Below, one piece after another: positions 11,478-25,792 of a stretch of 64,000 nucleotides of DNA. Positions within the stretch are counted from its first letter, which is position 1, and each line of letters starts with the position of its first letter. The stretch is from Octopus vulgaris. Its lineage: Eukaryota. The stretch is taken from the NCBI GenBank assembly GCA_951406725.2, contig OX597833.1, positions 45,756,001 to 45,820,000 on the forward strand. The letters run 5' to 3'. The notes beneath the pieces are model-generated. The model did no database searches. It was not told where the DNA came from and was given only the letters and a program-made list of their open reading frames with translations. The position numbers and the translations under genes were made by a program.

Positions 11478-14266
11478 GAGAGAGTTGGAATTTACAAAAA
11501 AAAAAAAAAAAAAGACGAAGGCGGGTCTGTAAACAGCAAACAGATGTATTAGTTTAACGCTTGGGAAGTGAGAAAGTCTTTTACGTTTCGAGCCTACGCT
11601 CTTCAACAGAAAGGAACACAGAAATAAACAGAGAGAGAAAATAAAAAAGGTTTAGTGGCTAGCGACCAATCATGGCGAGTGACGGACAGAGGTGGTCAAA
11701 CAGGAGAGCTAGGAAGAAGAGGTGATAAAAAAGTAGTGGTGATCCCAAAACGAAGGTGCGCGTGCGTGTGTATGAGAGCGTGTATGTGCGTGTGGATAGG
11801 GGCTGGTGACCTTGACGTGTGCATGTGTAGGTGTGTGGAAGATGGTGTGGGTGCTGGGAAGTGGTCAGTGCTAGTGTGTGCGGGGTCGTGTGATGTGGTG
11901 GGGTGTGATGTGGTGGTATGTGGTGTGATGTGGTGGTGTGTGGTGGTGTGTGGTGTGATGTGGTGGCCTGTGGTGTGGTGGTGTTGAGGTGTAGGAGAGG
12001 CGAAGGTGGAGAAGCAAGGATGGGGAGTGGCTTGGAGTGAGGTAGGGTAGGGATGGGGTATGTGGGGTAGGGATGGTGGGATGGGAATGTGACGATGAAT
12101 GTGACGAGGGGTTTACGATGAAGGGAGAGGGTGAAAGGGAGAAGGTGGGTAGGAGACAAGAGAGGAAGTAGGTGTCAGAGCAAGAGAGAAGAGGAGAGGT
12201 GGGTGGGAGTGAAGGGAGGAAATAGGTGTGAGAGGAAGAGAGGAAAGAGGAGGGTGTTAGATGAAGAGGGAAAGAGAGTTGAGTCCACGTGGCTCAAATG
12301 ATCGAACGGAGAACATTAATTCTTGTTCACGGCGAAGACAGGAGTCTTGATGGCAAGGACAATCCGAACACAGACAGGTGTTATAAAGAGTGACCGGTAG
12401 AGCGGAAATTGCGCGAGACTAGGGTGTCGTTGCCGAATCTGATGTCTCGGAGGTGTTCCGCGAACCGGCCAGCCAAGCGGTGTCCCGTTTGACCGATGCA
12501 CAGAGAAGGACAGAAAGAGCAGGAGATGCAGTAGTTGACGTTGCTAGAAGTGCAGGTGAAGGAGTCAGTGATATGATAGGGTCGATGATGGGTGCCAGTT
12601 AGGATGGTGGTGTTGGAGAGGTTAGGGCAAGTGTGGCAGCATGGGAACAAGCCGTGTTGGGAGGTTGGGTTAGGGATTAAACTGTGGACCAGGAGGTCAC
12701 GTAGGTTGTGGGCTCATTTGAAGGAGGTGAAGGATCGGTTAGGGAAGATGTGGAGGGGTCGGCCTGGAGTCGCTGGAAGGCTCGGAGAATGGTGCGTTGG
12801 AGAGATATGGTGGAGGGGTGGTAGGTGAGAGGAAACTGGAGACGGGTAACGGCGGGGCGGGTGCGGGGGGATAGAGCAGATGCACGGTCCACCAAAGTGC
12901 TCTGGCAAGGGTGGTGTGGATAGTGGTGAGGGGATATCCACGTAGGATGAAGTGGCGAGCCATGAGTTGAGACTGAGTCTCAAAGTCATGGTTATCACTG
13001 CAGAGCCTGCGCAGACGGAGGAATCGGGAATAGGGGATGGAGAGCTTGGTGTATTTAGGGTGGGAGGAGGAGAAGTTGAGGCATGAGTGTGAGTCTGTGT
13101 GTTTATAGTAGATGGACGTGGTGAGGGTGGAGTGATGAATGCTGACCGAAATGTCGAGAAAGGCGACGGAAGTGTCGGAAATAGTGCAGGAGAAGTGGAA
13201 GGCAGGATGAAAAAATTGGAGAAAAGGGAGGAAGGAGTCTAGTTGTGCGCGGAGGAGTGAGGTCTCACCGATACAGTCATCAATATAACGACTGTATAGT
13301 TCGGGAGTGGGACCAGCAACTCGTGAGAATATTCAGCTTTCAACGTAGCTAACGAACAGGTTCGCATAGCTGGGGCCCATTCTCGTTTAGAGAGTTTAGA
13401 GGGGTCAGGAGGGAAGGCGAAAGAGTTGAACAGACGAAGAGCATGGTTGGTGACATGGATTTGAGAGGAAAGGGAAGCCATTAGGGAGGTGAGAACACGG
13501 TCAAGATCTCTGGAGATGAGTTTGGTGGGGCAGTTGCAGGTGGAGATGAAGGGGCGGCCAGGGTTGTTAGGTTTGTGGATTTTGGGGAGGAAGTAAATTG
13601 TGGGGATATGAGGGATACGGACAATGAGGTTGGAGGCGGTGAGGGGAGACGGGGGGAGGAGATGAGGTCATGGATAGTGGAGGACACCATTTGTTGGTGG
13701 CTGGGCGTGGGGTTGGAGGGCAGAAGGCAGTAGAAGGAGGTGTGTTAAAGTTGGCGGAGAGCTTCGGCCGTGTAGAGGTCCGCGCGCCACACCACCACGG
13801 CTCCACCCTTGTCGGCCGGTTTTATGATGATGTCTTTGCGGCATCGGAGACATTGAAGGGCCGAGAGTTCGACTGGGACTGATGTTCAAATGTTGAGGAC
13901 ACCGGGAAAAGTCAAAACCGGTTCACAAAAAGATTGATTGCTTAGAACTGGCCAGGAACTGGCGTCCACTAGTATGACCGGCGGCCCAGGTCGGTGAAGA
14001 AGTCCTCCGCATTAGATGTAGGTGGAGTGTCGCGGAATAGTGCACACAACCTAGCACGGTACACGAAGCCGTGGATATCAGCACGAGTCCGAAATTTGTA
14101 GCTGGATGAAACGAGGGGGATGAAGCACTGGCCCCTACTGAGAAGGGAGCGGTCCGCCTCAGAGAGGGACAGATCTGGAGGAATGGTAACAACAGACTGA
14201 AGTGAAGAAGGGGTGGTTGGGACAAAAGTGGGAGGGGTGGTGGGGTAGTGGAAGGTTGGGAGGGAT
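11478..14266 (-). mobile_element. Penelope-like retroelement (Neptune-type), degenerate RT plus GIY-YIG, with a hammerhead-bearing 3' pLTR
   Basis: Minus peptides [36 protein letters not shown]...YSRYIDD, FTCTSSNVNYCISCSFCPSLCIGQTGHRLAGRFAEH, EPRGLN; frameshifts, stops and an internal RT deletion. Confidence 0.92.
11578..11613 (-). ncRNA. Minimal type-I hammerhead-like motif (CUGUUGA core) in the PLE pLTR
   Basis: cttt-CTGTTGA-A-gagc gtag gctc-GAAA-cgt-a-aaag. Confidence 0.65.
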
Positions 14267-14680
14267 ATATCTCTATATATAAAACTGAAATGCGTTTTTA
14301 CCGCTTGGATCGCTTTCAATGCCACTACATCCCGTCCGATTCGCTCCAAAATTTACAGGGACATGTAGAATGAAGTGACGAAGCTCGTGGGCTACCTTAG
14401 AAACCCCTATCTTAAAAGGTGTGGTTGCTAGGGGCCATCGTCCTCACTCACGCTATTCCCTCCTTTCCCTCTCTTACTCCCCTTCATTATAACTTTGAGA
14501 AGTCCACTACGGTTATTTAATGTATTCCCCTCAACTCCCTTTCACTTTCCCTTTATAAGTTCGTCAGGCGGCTTTCTTTGATGTATCTGTTTGCATTCAT
14601 AGGGAGAATTATCGCTACCAACAACACACAATCACGAGAACAAATAGTATGAATCAGATATTCTTGCGTTCATTTATATA

Positions 14681-14689
<9 letters not shown>

Positions 14690-14714
<25 letters not shown>

Positions 14715-14920
14715 CTATATATAAATATGTATATATAATGTATGTGTGTGTGTGTGTTCTATATATAAATATGTATATATAATGTATGTGTGTGTGTGTG
14801 TGTTCTATATATAAATATGTATATATAATGTATGTGTGTGTGTGTGTTCTATATATAAATATGTATATATAATGTATGTGTGTGTGTGTTCTATATATAA
14901 ATATGTATATATAATGTATA
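14690..14920. repeat. Minisatellite, about 44-bp unit x5 ((GT)n-TTCTATATATAAATATGTATATATAATGTAT)
   Basis: Direct inspection. Confidence 0.85.
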
Positions 14921-16054
14921 TATACAAAGTGTATATATCTGTATTTATGTATATTAAACTTTTTCATACTTTTTCATAGTTATATATATTTTTAAACAAA
15001 TTATAAATATAATTTAATAATTTTTATTTTCAATTTAAATAATTTAAATTTTTCAATTTTATATTTTATATATTTTATATATTATATATTTTTTTTAATG
15101 TTTTTGTTTTTGGTTTTTCACTGTTTGATTTGCCTATTAGTGGTTTTATCTCTAATTTAATTTATTCAGATATATATCTCATTTGTATACATTTGTATAT
15201 ATAATGCGTGCACACACACACACACACACACACACATACAATGTGTGCATTACGTAGTCGGTCGATTCAGCTGAAAATATGCACACCTATGTTAAAAGTG
15301 CTGGCAAAATTTGCATGACAACTATTTTTTTCCTCAAATGAAAGGCATCACCTCTAGGACAAAATTCCTCATCTTATAAAATGTGGCCCCAGTAGACCCG
15401 AATGAAATCGGGTTATATTAACCAAAATGTGAAAAGGGGTCTAAATGGGGCTGGAAGGGGATTAAAATTTAAAGGAGCGGGTGTTTAGGAATTCTCTGTT
15501 ACATCAAGCTAAAAAAATTGCGCCAGCCTTTTAATCGTCAATGTGTTGCCGTCCATGATGAAGAAGTTTTGAATGCTTGCCATAGTGAGTCTACTGTCGT
15601 GAGAAAGAATCACTTCAAAACTTGGTGCTTACGAATTTTCTTTTACATCAAGTTCAAAATTTTACGCCAGCCATTAAACTGTCACTACGTTGCTGTCCGT
15701 CGTTAAGAAATGCCAGCCATGGTGACTCTACTATCCTCAGATTCTATCCCTTCAAACTTTGGTTTCCAATATTTTATTATTTTTATTCAGCTCGCAAGTT
15801 CGTCTGTCCCTTTTAAATGTTAGCGTTTTGCTGTCTGCCTTGAAGCAGACCTTTCCATTGCCACTGCCTCATATTTCTGATTGATCTTTCTAAATATTTT
15901 ATTTCTCAACTTACTCAAGATCTTCTGTTGTTTATAAATGGGAGAGAGATAGATAAAGATAGAGAGTAAGAGAAAGCGCGGGAGAGTCCGAGAGAAAAGA
16001 AAAGTAAGAGAGTGGGAAAGTGAGAGAGAAAGGAGAGAGAAACAAATACGGAGA

Positions 16055-16365
16055 ATCATCATCATCATCATCGTTTAACGTCCGTTTTCCGTGCTAGCAC
16101 GGGTTGGACAGTGTGACCGGGGTCTAGGAAGCCAGGAGGCTGCACCAGGATCCAATCTGATTTGGCAGTGTTTCTACAGGTGGATGACCTTCCTAACGCC
16201 AACCACTCTGTGAGTGTAGTGGGTGCTTTTTTCGTGCCGCCGGCACAGGTGCCAGGGGGGCTCGCAGCGGCAACGATCGGTTGGTGCTTTTTACGTGCCA
16301 CCGGCACAGAAGCAAGTCAAGGCGGCGCTGCAATCGGCCACGTTCGGATGGTGCTTTTTACGTGC
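16055..16365 (-). mobile_element. RTE-type SINE fragment nested in the Helitron
   Basis: (GAT)n tail on minus; ggatgaccttcctaacgccaacc motif; internal degenerate tandem repeats. Confidence 0.55.
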
Positions 16366-16432
16366 TGAAAGGAAGCAACAGAAAGTAACAACCACACTCT
16401 TACCCGCGCGTAGAGCGGGTCACCTTCAGCTA

Positions 16433-16497
<65 letters not shown>

Positions 16498-17048
16498 CAT
16501 ATTGCAACCGTGAAATCAACAGCATAATTAGGATAACTTAATGAACTTTAGATGATGTATGAAATAACACCTGACACAGGTCTTTTCCTTGGAAGCAAAG
16601 GTTTGTGAGTGGATTTGGTAGATGGAAAGTGAAAGAAGCCCGTCGTATATATGTATGTGTGTGTGTGTGTGTGTATGTGAATGTATGTATGTATGTATGT
16701 ATATATATATTTATGTGTGTCTGGGTCTGTGTTAGTCCCCATGCCAACGCTTGTCAACCGATGCTAGTGTGTTTATGTGCCGGTAACTTAGCGGTTCAGC
16801 CTAAGAGAATGATAAAATAAGTACTAGGCTTATAAAGATCGATCTGTTCGAGATTAAAACCCTTTAAGGCTGTGCTCTAGCATGGCCGCAATCAAATGAT
16901 TGAAACGAATATAATACATACACACACACATACACACACACACGTATGTATACATGGACATATGTGTACGTATATGTTTATGTATGTGTATGTTTGTGTG
17001 AGTGTGTGAGAGAGAGAGAGAGAGTGGGAGGGGGAGATAGATAGATAG

Positions 17049-17092
<44 letters not shown>

Positions 17093-17539
17093 AGGGAGGG
17101 AGGGAGAGAAGGTAAATAAAAACCCTCGGTACGTCATCATAAATGTAAGTTTCGAGTTACCGCCCTTTAACGTTCTGCATTCATAGTAAATATACTACAC
17201 TTAGTTTTACCTTCTGTTTATCCCTACAGAATCAATAAAACAAATGTCAGTGAGGTGTTTGGGATTATGTGTGATAGATTCGATTCACCCGCCACATTTG
17301 TGACCTCGTGTCTGTTAAAGTAATCAATATAATTTTAATTATTTCGGCAATTAGGGGAGACAAGACCAAATATATATATTCCTCCGCACACACACACACA
17401 CACAGACACACACACACACACACACACAGAGACACACACTGAGTTTCATCTGGTGCCTATATCCGACACTATTATTTTTGTATGTGAAAGGCACGACGGA
17501 GTGATTTAAATGAATGAATTATTATTGCTTAATGAATGA

Positions 17540-17776
17540 ATGAGTGATAGAATAAACTGCTGGTTCGCCGTTATCATTACTTCTACTGCTGCTTGCTAGA
17601 CGTAACACCACACCGTCTTAAACTGCTTAAGATTATCGACTGCTTTTCGTTGCAGCTGCGACCGGCTCTGCTAGTCTATTGTTGATATTCTGAAGCAGCT
17701 GAAAATTACTGCTAAACAGGACGTAACGAATGAGTGTTAACTGTACTTTTGATTAATTCTCTAACTCTCGGATAGA
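17540..17776 (+). other. Candidate non-coding first exon or promoter island of the SLC16-like gene
   Basis: Non-repetitive island ending at GTAAGT (17777); coding exon 1 has an upstream acceptor that needs a donor; the link is inferred only. Confidence 0.3.
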
Positions 17777-18760
17777 GTAAGTAACGGTTGTACGACTACT
17801 ACGTTTTCCCCAAACTTTACTACATTGGCCATTAAGATAACGTGAATTATGCCGACATAAACACAGTCTACAAGGAAAGTTGGCATTGCAAATGGAGTAG
17901 ATTACAGGAAGGGAAACTCAAGTGAGAGTGGATTTTCTAAGCAAATCAGGCTCTTATATGATGTAAGCAAGATTATTTATTTGCCCACTTGTTTGTTTAT
18001 TTTTTCTATTTATTTTATGTTTGCTTTTCATTGTGTGTGTGGGGGGGTCTGTCAAAATATTTTCAATCGTGGAAAACGATTTCAACAGCGAATTCTAACA
18101 TAAACACTCAGTTAAAAATCATCCACATTGAAGGGGTATAGTCACCGTTTGCCGAGCTTGAACCTTGAATGTAAAGGTGTATAATCTAAACGCAGGGCGG
18201 TATTTACCTATGTCCAGCACGTTACCAGCACTGCAAATTTTCCGACGCGTTTATGATATCTTTATCAATAACCATATTTTGTTGTTTTTTTTACATACTC
18301 ACAAAACGGCCACGAATTTAGAAAAAAGGAACAGTCGTTTATATTTGTTTCAAATATTTTTGGCGCAAGGCCAGCAATTTCGGAGAAGGGGGCTAGTCGA
18401 TTACGTCGACCTCAGTGCTCAACTGGTATTTATTTTAATGACCCCGAAAGGAATGAAAAGCAAAGTCGACCTCGGCGGAATTAGAACTCAAAACGTAAAA
18501 ACGGACGAAATGCCGCTAATCATTTTGCCCGTCTCCTAGCTCGCCGCCTAAACAGTCGTTTATATTGGTCCAAGTATTTCCCTAGACTTTAGTCATTGAC
18601 ACCAAAATTATGAAATACAAAGTTGATTTCAGCAGAATTTCATCTCAGAACGTAGTCAGAACTAAATATATGCAAGGCATTTTGTTCGGCGCGCTAACAT
18701 TTTCCTAGAACTCCACTTTCGTTTTAGTAATCATAATAATCAGGTCTAACAAATTTAGTA

Positions 18761-18924
18761 GTGGCTGTGTGGTAAATAGCTTGCTTACCAACCACATGGT
18801 TCCGAGTTCATTCCCACTGCGTGGCACCTTGGGCAATTGTCTTCTACTATAGCCTCGGGCGACCAAAGCCTGGTGAATGGATTTGGTAGACGGAAACTGA
18901 AAGAAGCCCGTCGTATATATAAAT

Positions 18925-18973
<49 letters not shown>

Positions 18974-19363
18974 TACAATATATACATACTGAACTTCACA
19001 GAAGTTCCTGCCGCTAATGGTTATATTTACATGCCGAAATCTACCAGTAAATAATTGTTGGTTTTTTGAAAAACACTCGAAGAAATTATTTACTCTTATT
19101 ATTATATATATATGTATGTATGCATGTATGTATGTGTGTGTATATATTTGTGTGTCTGTGCTTGTCACCCCAGCATCATTTGACAACCGATGGTGGTGTG
19201 TTTACGTTCCCGTAACTTAGCGGTTCGGCAAAAAGAGACCGATAGAATAAGTAATAAGCTTCCAAAGAATAAGTCCTGGGGTCGATTTGCTCGACTAAAA
19301 GGCGGTGCTCCAGCATGGCCGCAGTCAAATGACTGAAACAAGTAAAAGAGTAAAAGAGAGATT
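18761..19363 (+). mobile_element. CORE-type tRNA SINE family D with 19-bp flanking direct repeat (other copies 41955-42395 -, 16570-16910 +, 10578-10715 +, 2395-2560 -)
   Basis: tggctgtgtgg...gagttcattccc, CORE-like gcaccttgggcaa, (GTAAAAGA)n tail; AGGTCTAACAAATTTAGTA at 18742-18760 and 19364-19382. Confidence 0.85.
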
Positions 19364-19784
19364 AGGTCTAACAAATTTAGTAATAAAATAGTCAGGTCTA
19401 ACAAAAGCACTGAGTCAAAACTTTGGAGTGAGGCGATTAGTCATTTGAATCGACCCTAGTACTGACCCCTATTGTTTATATTATCGAGCTCAGAACGACG
19501 AAAAGAAACGTTGATTTCGGATGAGATTTGAATTCAGAACTCAATACTGCAAAGCAGTCTTGTCGGACACTCAATTAACTTTATTTTTCTGTCAATCCAT
19601 CACTCTTTTAATAATATCATTAATTATTTCTAACTTATGTTATCGATTACACACAGCCACACCCAAGCACACTCACAAGCACACACACTCTCTCTCTCTC
19701 TCACACACACACACACTTACACATATACTCACATACTCATATATGAATGGATGTACAACTCCACGCAAACACAGCCATACACAA

Positions 19785-20307
19785 CACACACACATACATA
19801 CATACATACATACATACATACATACATACATGCATGCATACATACATACATACATACATACATACATGCATGCATACATACATACATACATATATACATA
19901 CATACATACATGCATGCATGCATGCATACATACATACATACATACATACATACATACATGCATACATACATGCATACATACATATATACATGCATATATA
20001 CATACATACATGCATACACACATACATACATACATGCATGCATACATACCTATATACATACATACATACATATATACATGCATACATACATACATACATA
20101 CATACATACAAGCATGCATACATACATATATACATACATACATACATACATGCATACATACATGCATACATACATACATGCATACATACATTATATACAT
20201 GCATACATACATACATACATACATACATACATACATGCATACATGCATACATGCATGCATGCATGCATACATACAAACATACATACATACATACATACAT
20301 ACATACA

Positions 20308-20340
<33 letters not shown>
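19785..20340. repeat. (TACA)n/(TGCA)n compound microsatellite
   Basis: Direct inspection; source of the long spurious ORFs. Confidence 0.97.
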
Positions 20341-21281
20341 TCATACGTCATTCAGCATATGTAAACATAATCACACTTGAAATAACAGCTGTGTCCTTTT
20401 TGCAATTTTAATTGAGAAATTTGCATTTTAGTTTCTAACAGAAATTAGATTAACTGGAAAGTCGATTTGTTGGTCCACACTTCATTTTTAGCAGTTATCA
20501 CTAGTCATTCATTTTTGTCGAAAGACCACTGTAAATATATCCAGGTAACTTGTCCGATGCTCAACCGAATTCGTAGATATGCGGCCCGATGGTTACACAC
20601 TCTAGCATGGTGATGGTGGCAAGTAACCTGACTGCTATAGCTGCTCTGTCGTCCTAAGAAGAATAAGGCCCCAAAGCCAATCCTGGTACGTTTTGATCTC
20701 AAAACCCTTTAAGGAAGAAACTAAACTCCGCATTGCAGCACACAATTCGGTGCAACACACGACTTAAGTTAGGAATGGCCTGGGTCAATATATATATATA
20801 TAGTTTTAAGGCGGCGAGCTGGCAGAAACGTTAGCACGCCGGGCGAAATGCGTAGCCGTATTTCGTCTGAGTTCAAATTCCGCCGAGGTCGACTTTGCCT
20901 TTCATCCTTTCGGGGTCGATTAAATAAGTACCAGTTACGCACCGAGGTCGATATAATCGATTTAATCCGTTTGTCTGTCCTTTTTTGTCCTCTCTGTGTT
21001 TAGCCCCTTGTGGGTAGTAAAGAAATAGGTATTTCGCCTGCCATTACGTTCTGAGTTCAAATTCCGCCGATGTCGACTTTGCCTTTCATCCTTTCGGAGT
21101 CGATAAAACAAGTACCATTTGAGTACTGGGGTCGATATAATCGACTAGCCCCCTACCCCAAATTTCAAGCCTTGTGCCTATAGTAGAAAGGATTATTATT
21201 ATTATTATTACTCATATTTTAATTTTTTTTCTCCTGCAACACCATACTTATATATATACATATGTGTGTGTGTGTGTGTGT

Positions 21282-21319
<38 letters not shown>

Positions 21320-21326
21320 AAGAGAT

Positions 21327-21389
<63 letters not shown>

Positions 21390-21520
21390 AGGGATATGTT
21401 ATTCAAGCGGTTACCGTATTGGCTCTCAGTTAAGTTTCACTTAAAAGTGCAAGGTTGCATCTGCAACCGCCAGTAGTCTGTGCATCGGAAACACGTGTAG
21501 GTCATATTATTATTATTATT

Positions 21521-21580
<60 letters not shown>

Positions 21581-22494
21581 TGGGCCTCACCTGCAAGGTC
21601 ATGTGCTGTTTATCTTGATATGAAATCACCAAGTCACATACATATGGGTGTGATGCATGTGCCTAGTGTACCCATATCAGACGGGTAGTCATGATGAGTA
21701 TACTGGGCTTCGTATATTTTACCCCAGTGTCACTTTGATGGCATGCACAGCTCTTTCACTCAATAACAATAATAATAATGATAATAATAATACACACATG
21801 CATACACACACACGCATACACATACACACACACATCCATATACACAATGTATTGAATTTTATATCAGATGATGTTTGCACTCTGTAAAATATATTCTGTT
21901 AAACTTCACACCTCTTACATTGCGTTATGTTGAATCCACAGACACTCGCACACGTGTGTATTATGAAATGCCACACAAAGCGACCTTGAGTTCTATTCAA
22001 TGAACAAAGTGAATTTTAAAAAATACTTAAGATAGTACACGAAATAAATGTTGAAAAAAAAAAAAATAAACGATAAATAACAATTAAGTAAAAACCGCGT
22101 ATACTCACCTCACACACATATACATATCCACAGACAGATGCACACACACACGCACACATACACATGCAAATACACGCATACATAGTCTGGCTCACAGACG
22201 CAAATACAAACATACATTATACATGTGTGTGTGAATGTGTGTGTGTGTGTGTGTAAGTGTGTGTGTGTATGTGTGTAGTCAACAGATTAAATCCAGAGAT
22301 GGTCAGTTTAATAAACACTTTGTAGTGCTCAAACAATTTGAAGTTAGATATTTAAATCTTTATCGAGAGCTAAGTCCGCATAGTAAAGAGTGACTATAAG
22401 AAGAGCCTAGGCGAGCTGATATGGAGATAATGACGCAAATAAACAAATTAACCCGTTTGGGCTTGATATGCAAAATATACGTATATAGATATCA

Positions 22495-22800
22495 CGCAAT
22501 CACGTGACCGACCAGGCTATCAGATGTTGCTACACATCGCTGGTCACAAATCCGCTTCGCATTGTTTTACCCTTCAAATGACGCCACCCCGCTGGCTAAG
22601 CGAGCAGGCCAACAGAAGAAAGAGTGAGAGAAAGTTGCGGCGAAAGAGTACAGCAGGGATCGCCACCACCCCCTACCTGGGCCTTGTGGAGCTTTAGGTG
22701 CTTTCGCTCAATAAACACTAAAAACGCACGATCTGGGAATCCAAACCGCGATCCTACGACCGCGAGTCCGCTGCCCTAACCACTGGGCCATTGTGCCTCC
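22495..22800 (-). mobile_element. tRNA-derived SINE family B
   Basis: Matches 33280-33580. Confidence 0.85.
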
Positions 22801-22847
22801 ATTATACGTATATATGCATGTAAATATATATGTGGATATATATATAT

Positions 22848-23460
<613 letters not shown>

Positions 23461-23524
23461 TTAACCTTTAAAGGTATTTTTTAATATGCTGGGCATTGAT
23501 AGAATTTTTTCGAAAAGTTCTATC

Positions 23525-23603
<79 letters not shown>

Positions 23604-23944
23604 AGAGAGAGGGGAATGAAAACTGAAAATGTTCAGAAGATGAACATTCAGGTATGAGCAGGTAAATATTTATGAACAGGTTTACATGGAGCAGAAAACA
23701 CAGAAAACTAAGGGAGATGGGATGGTATTTCATGTTCGATATCTGTTTCTGCATAATTATGACACCTCTCCCCCGTTCATGAAATATTTTATCTCTATTA
23801 TGCTATTATAATTATTATTACAATTTCGCTTTTCATCCTTTGGCGATAGACGAACTAAATGCCAGTGAAACACCGGAGTCGATGTACTCATCTCTCCCCC
23901 ACCAACTTCCAATAAGTTTCAGGCCTTGTGCCTTTTAGTAGAAA

Positions 23945-23946
23945 GG

Positions 23947-24006
<60 letters not shown>

Positions 24007-24041
24007 ATTATTATTATTATTATTAATAATATTATTATTAT

Positions 24042-24099
<58 letters not shown>

Positions 24100-24119
24100 A
24101 TGATTATTATTAATATTAA

Positions 24120-24150
<31 letters not shown>

Positions 24151-24207
24151 ATAATAATAATAATATTAATAATAATATTATTAATAATAATAATAATAAT
24201 AATAATA

Positions 24208-24276
<69 letters not shown>

Positions 24277-24302
24277 GTTATTATTATTATTATTATTATT
24301 AT
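23945..24302. repeat. (ATT)n/(AAT)n microsatellite with orientation switches
   Basis: Direct inspection. Confidence 0.95.
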
Positions 24303-25461
<1,159 letters not shown>

Positions 25462-25479
25462 ATTATTACTATTATTATT

Positions 25480-25792
25480 GGAGGATCCGGTGAAAGTGGT
25501 CGGAGTCTGGTTCGGACCAGATCTCCTGGTAGATAGGAACTGGAAAGAGATCATGGGTCATGACTAGGGTGGCCAAGTTCATCCAGAAATGGGCAGAAAG
25601 GAAGCTGCTGCTGAAAGGCCAGGCGGAAGTAGCGAAAGCATATATCGCCTCCTAGCTGTCGTACCTTGTTCTAAGAAAACTCTGACCAGATTGGAGCGCT
25701 TGCTTTTCCGATTCTTACGGAGGGATCAGGTTCAGCTGGTCAGAAAATCCATCTGCCGTCAACACCCACACCGTGGTGGTCTTGGGATACCA
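25480..25792 (+). mobile_element. Tx1/L1-clade RT C-terminal fragment
   Basis: DPVKVVGVWFGPDL...LAVVPCSKKTLTRLERLLFRFL...LVRKSICRQHPHRGGLGIP. Confidence 0.75.

Larger units (their letters stand above)
14270..16433 (+). mobile_element. 2.2-kb non-autonomous Helitron with nested repeats
   Basis: A|TCTCTATATATAAAA start; 3' hairpin ACCCGC-gcgtaga-GCGGGT about 10 nt before terminal CTAG|T. Confidence 0.75.

Noticed and set aside
19521-20411. Longest ORFs in the track (200-296 aa, HTYI/MYVC repeats) and the many YI, CV, poly-I and YLSI ORFs elsewhere
   Set aside because: Translations of microsatellites, open in several frames on both strands
22100-22115. Strong minus-strand donor GAG|GTGAGT
   Set aside because: The adjacent putative exon is GT-rich low-complexity sequence; no other support for an antisense gene
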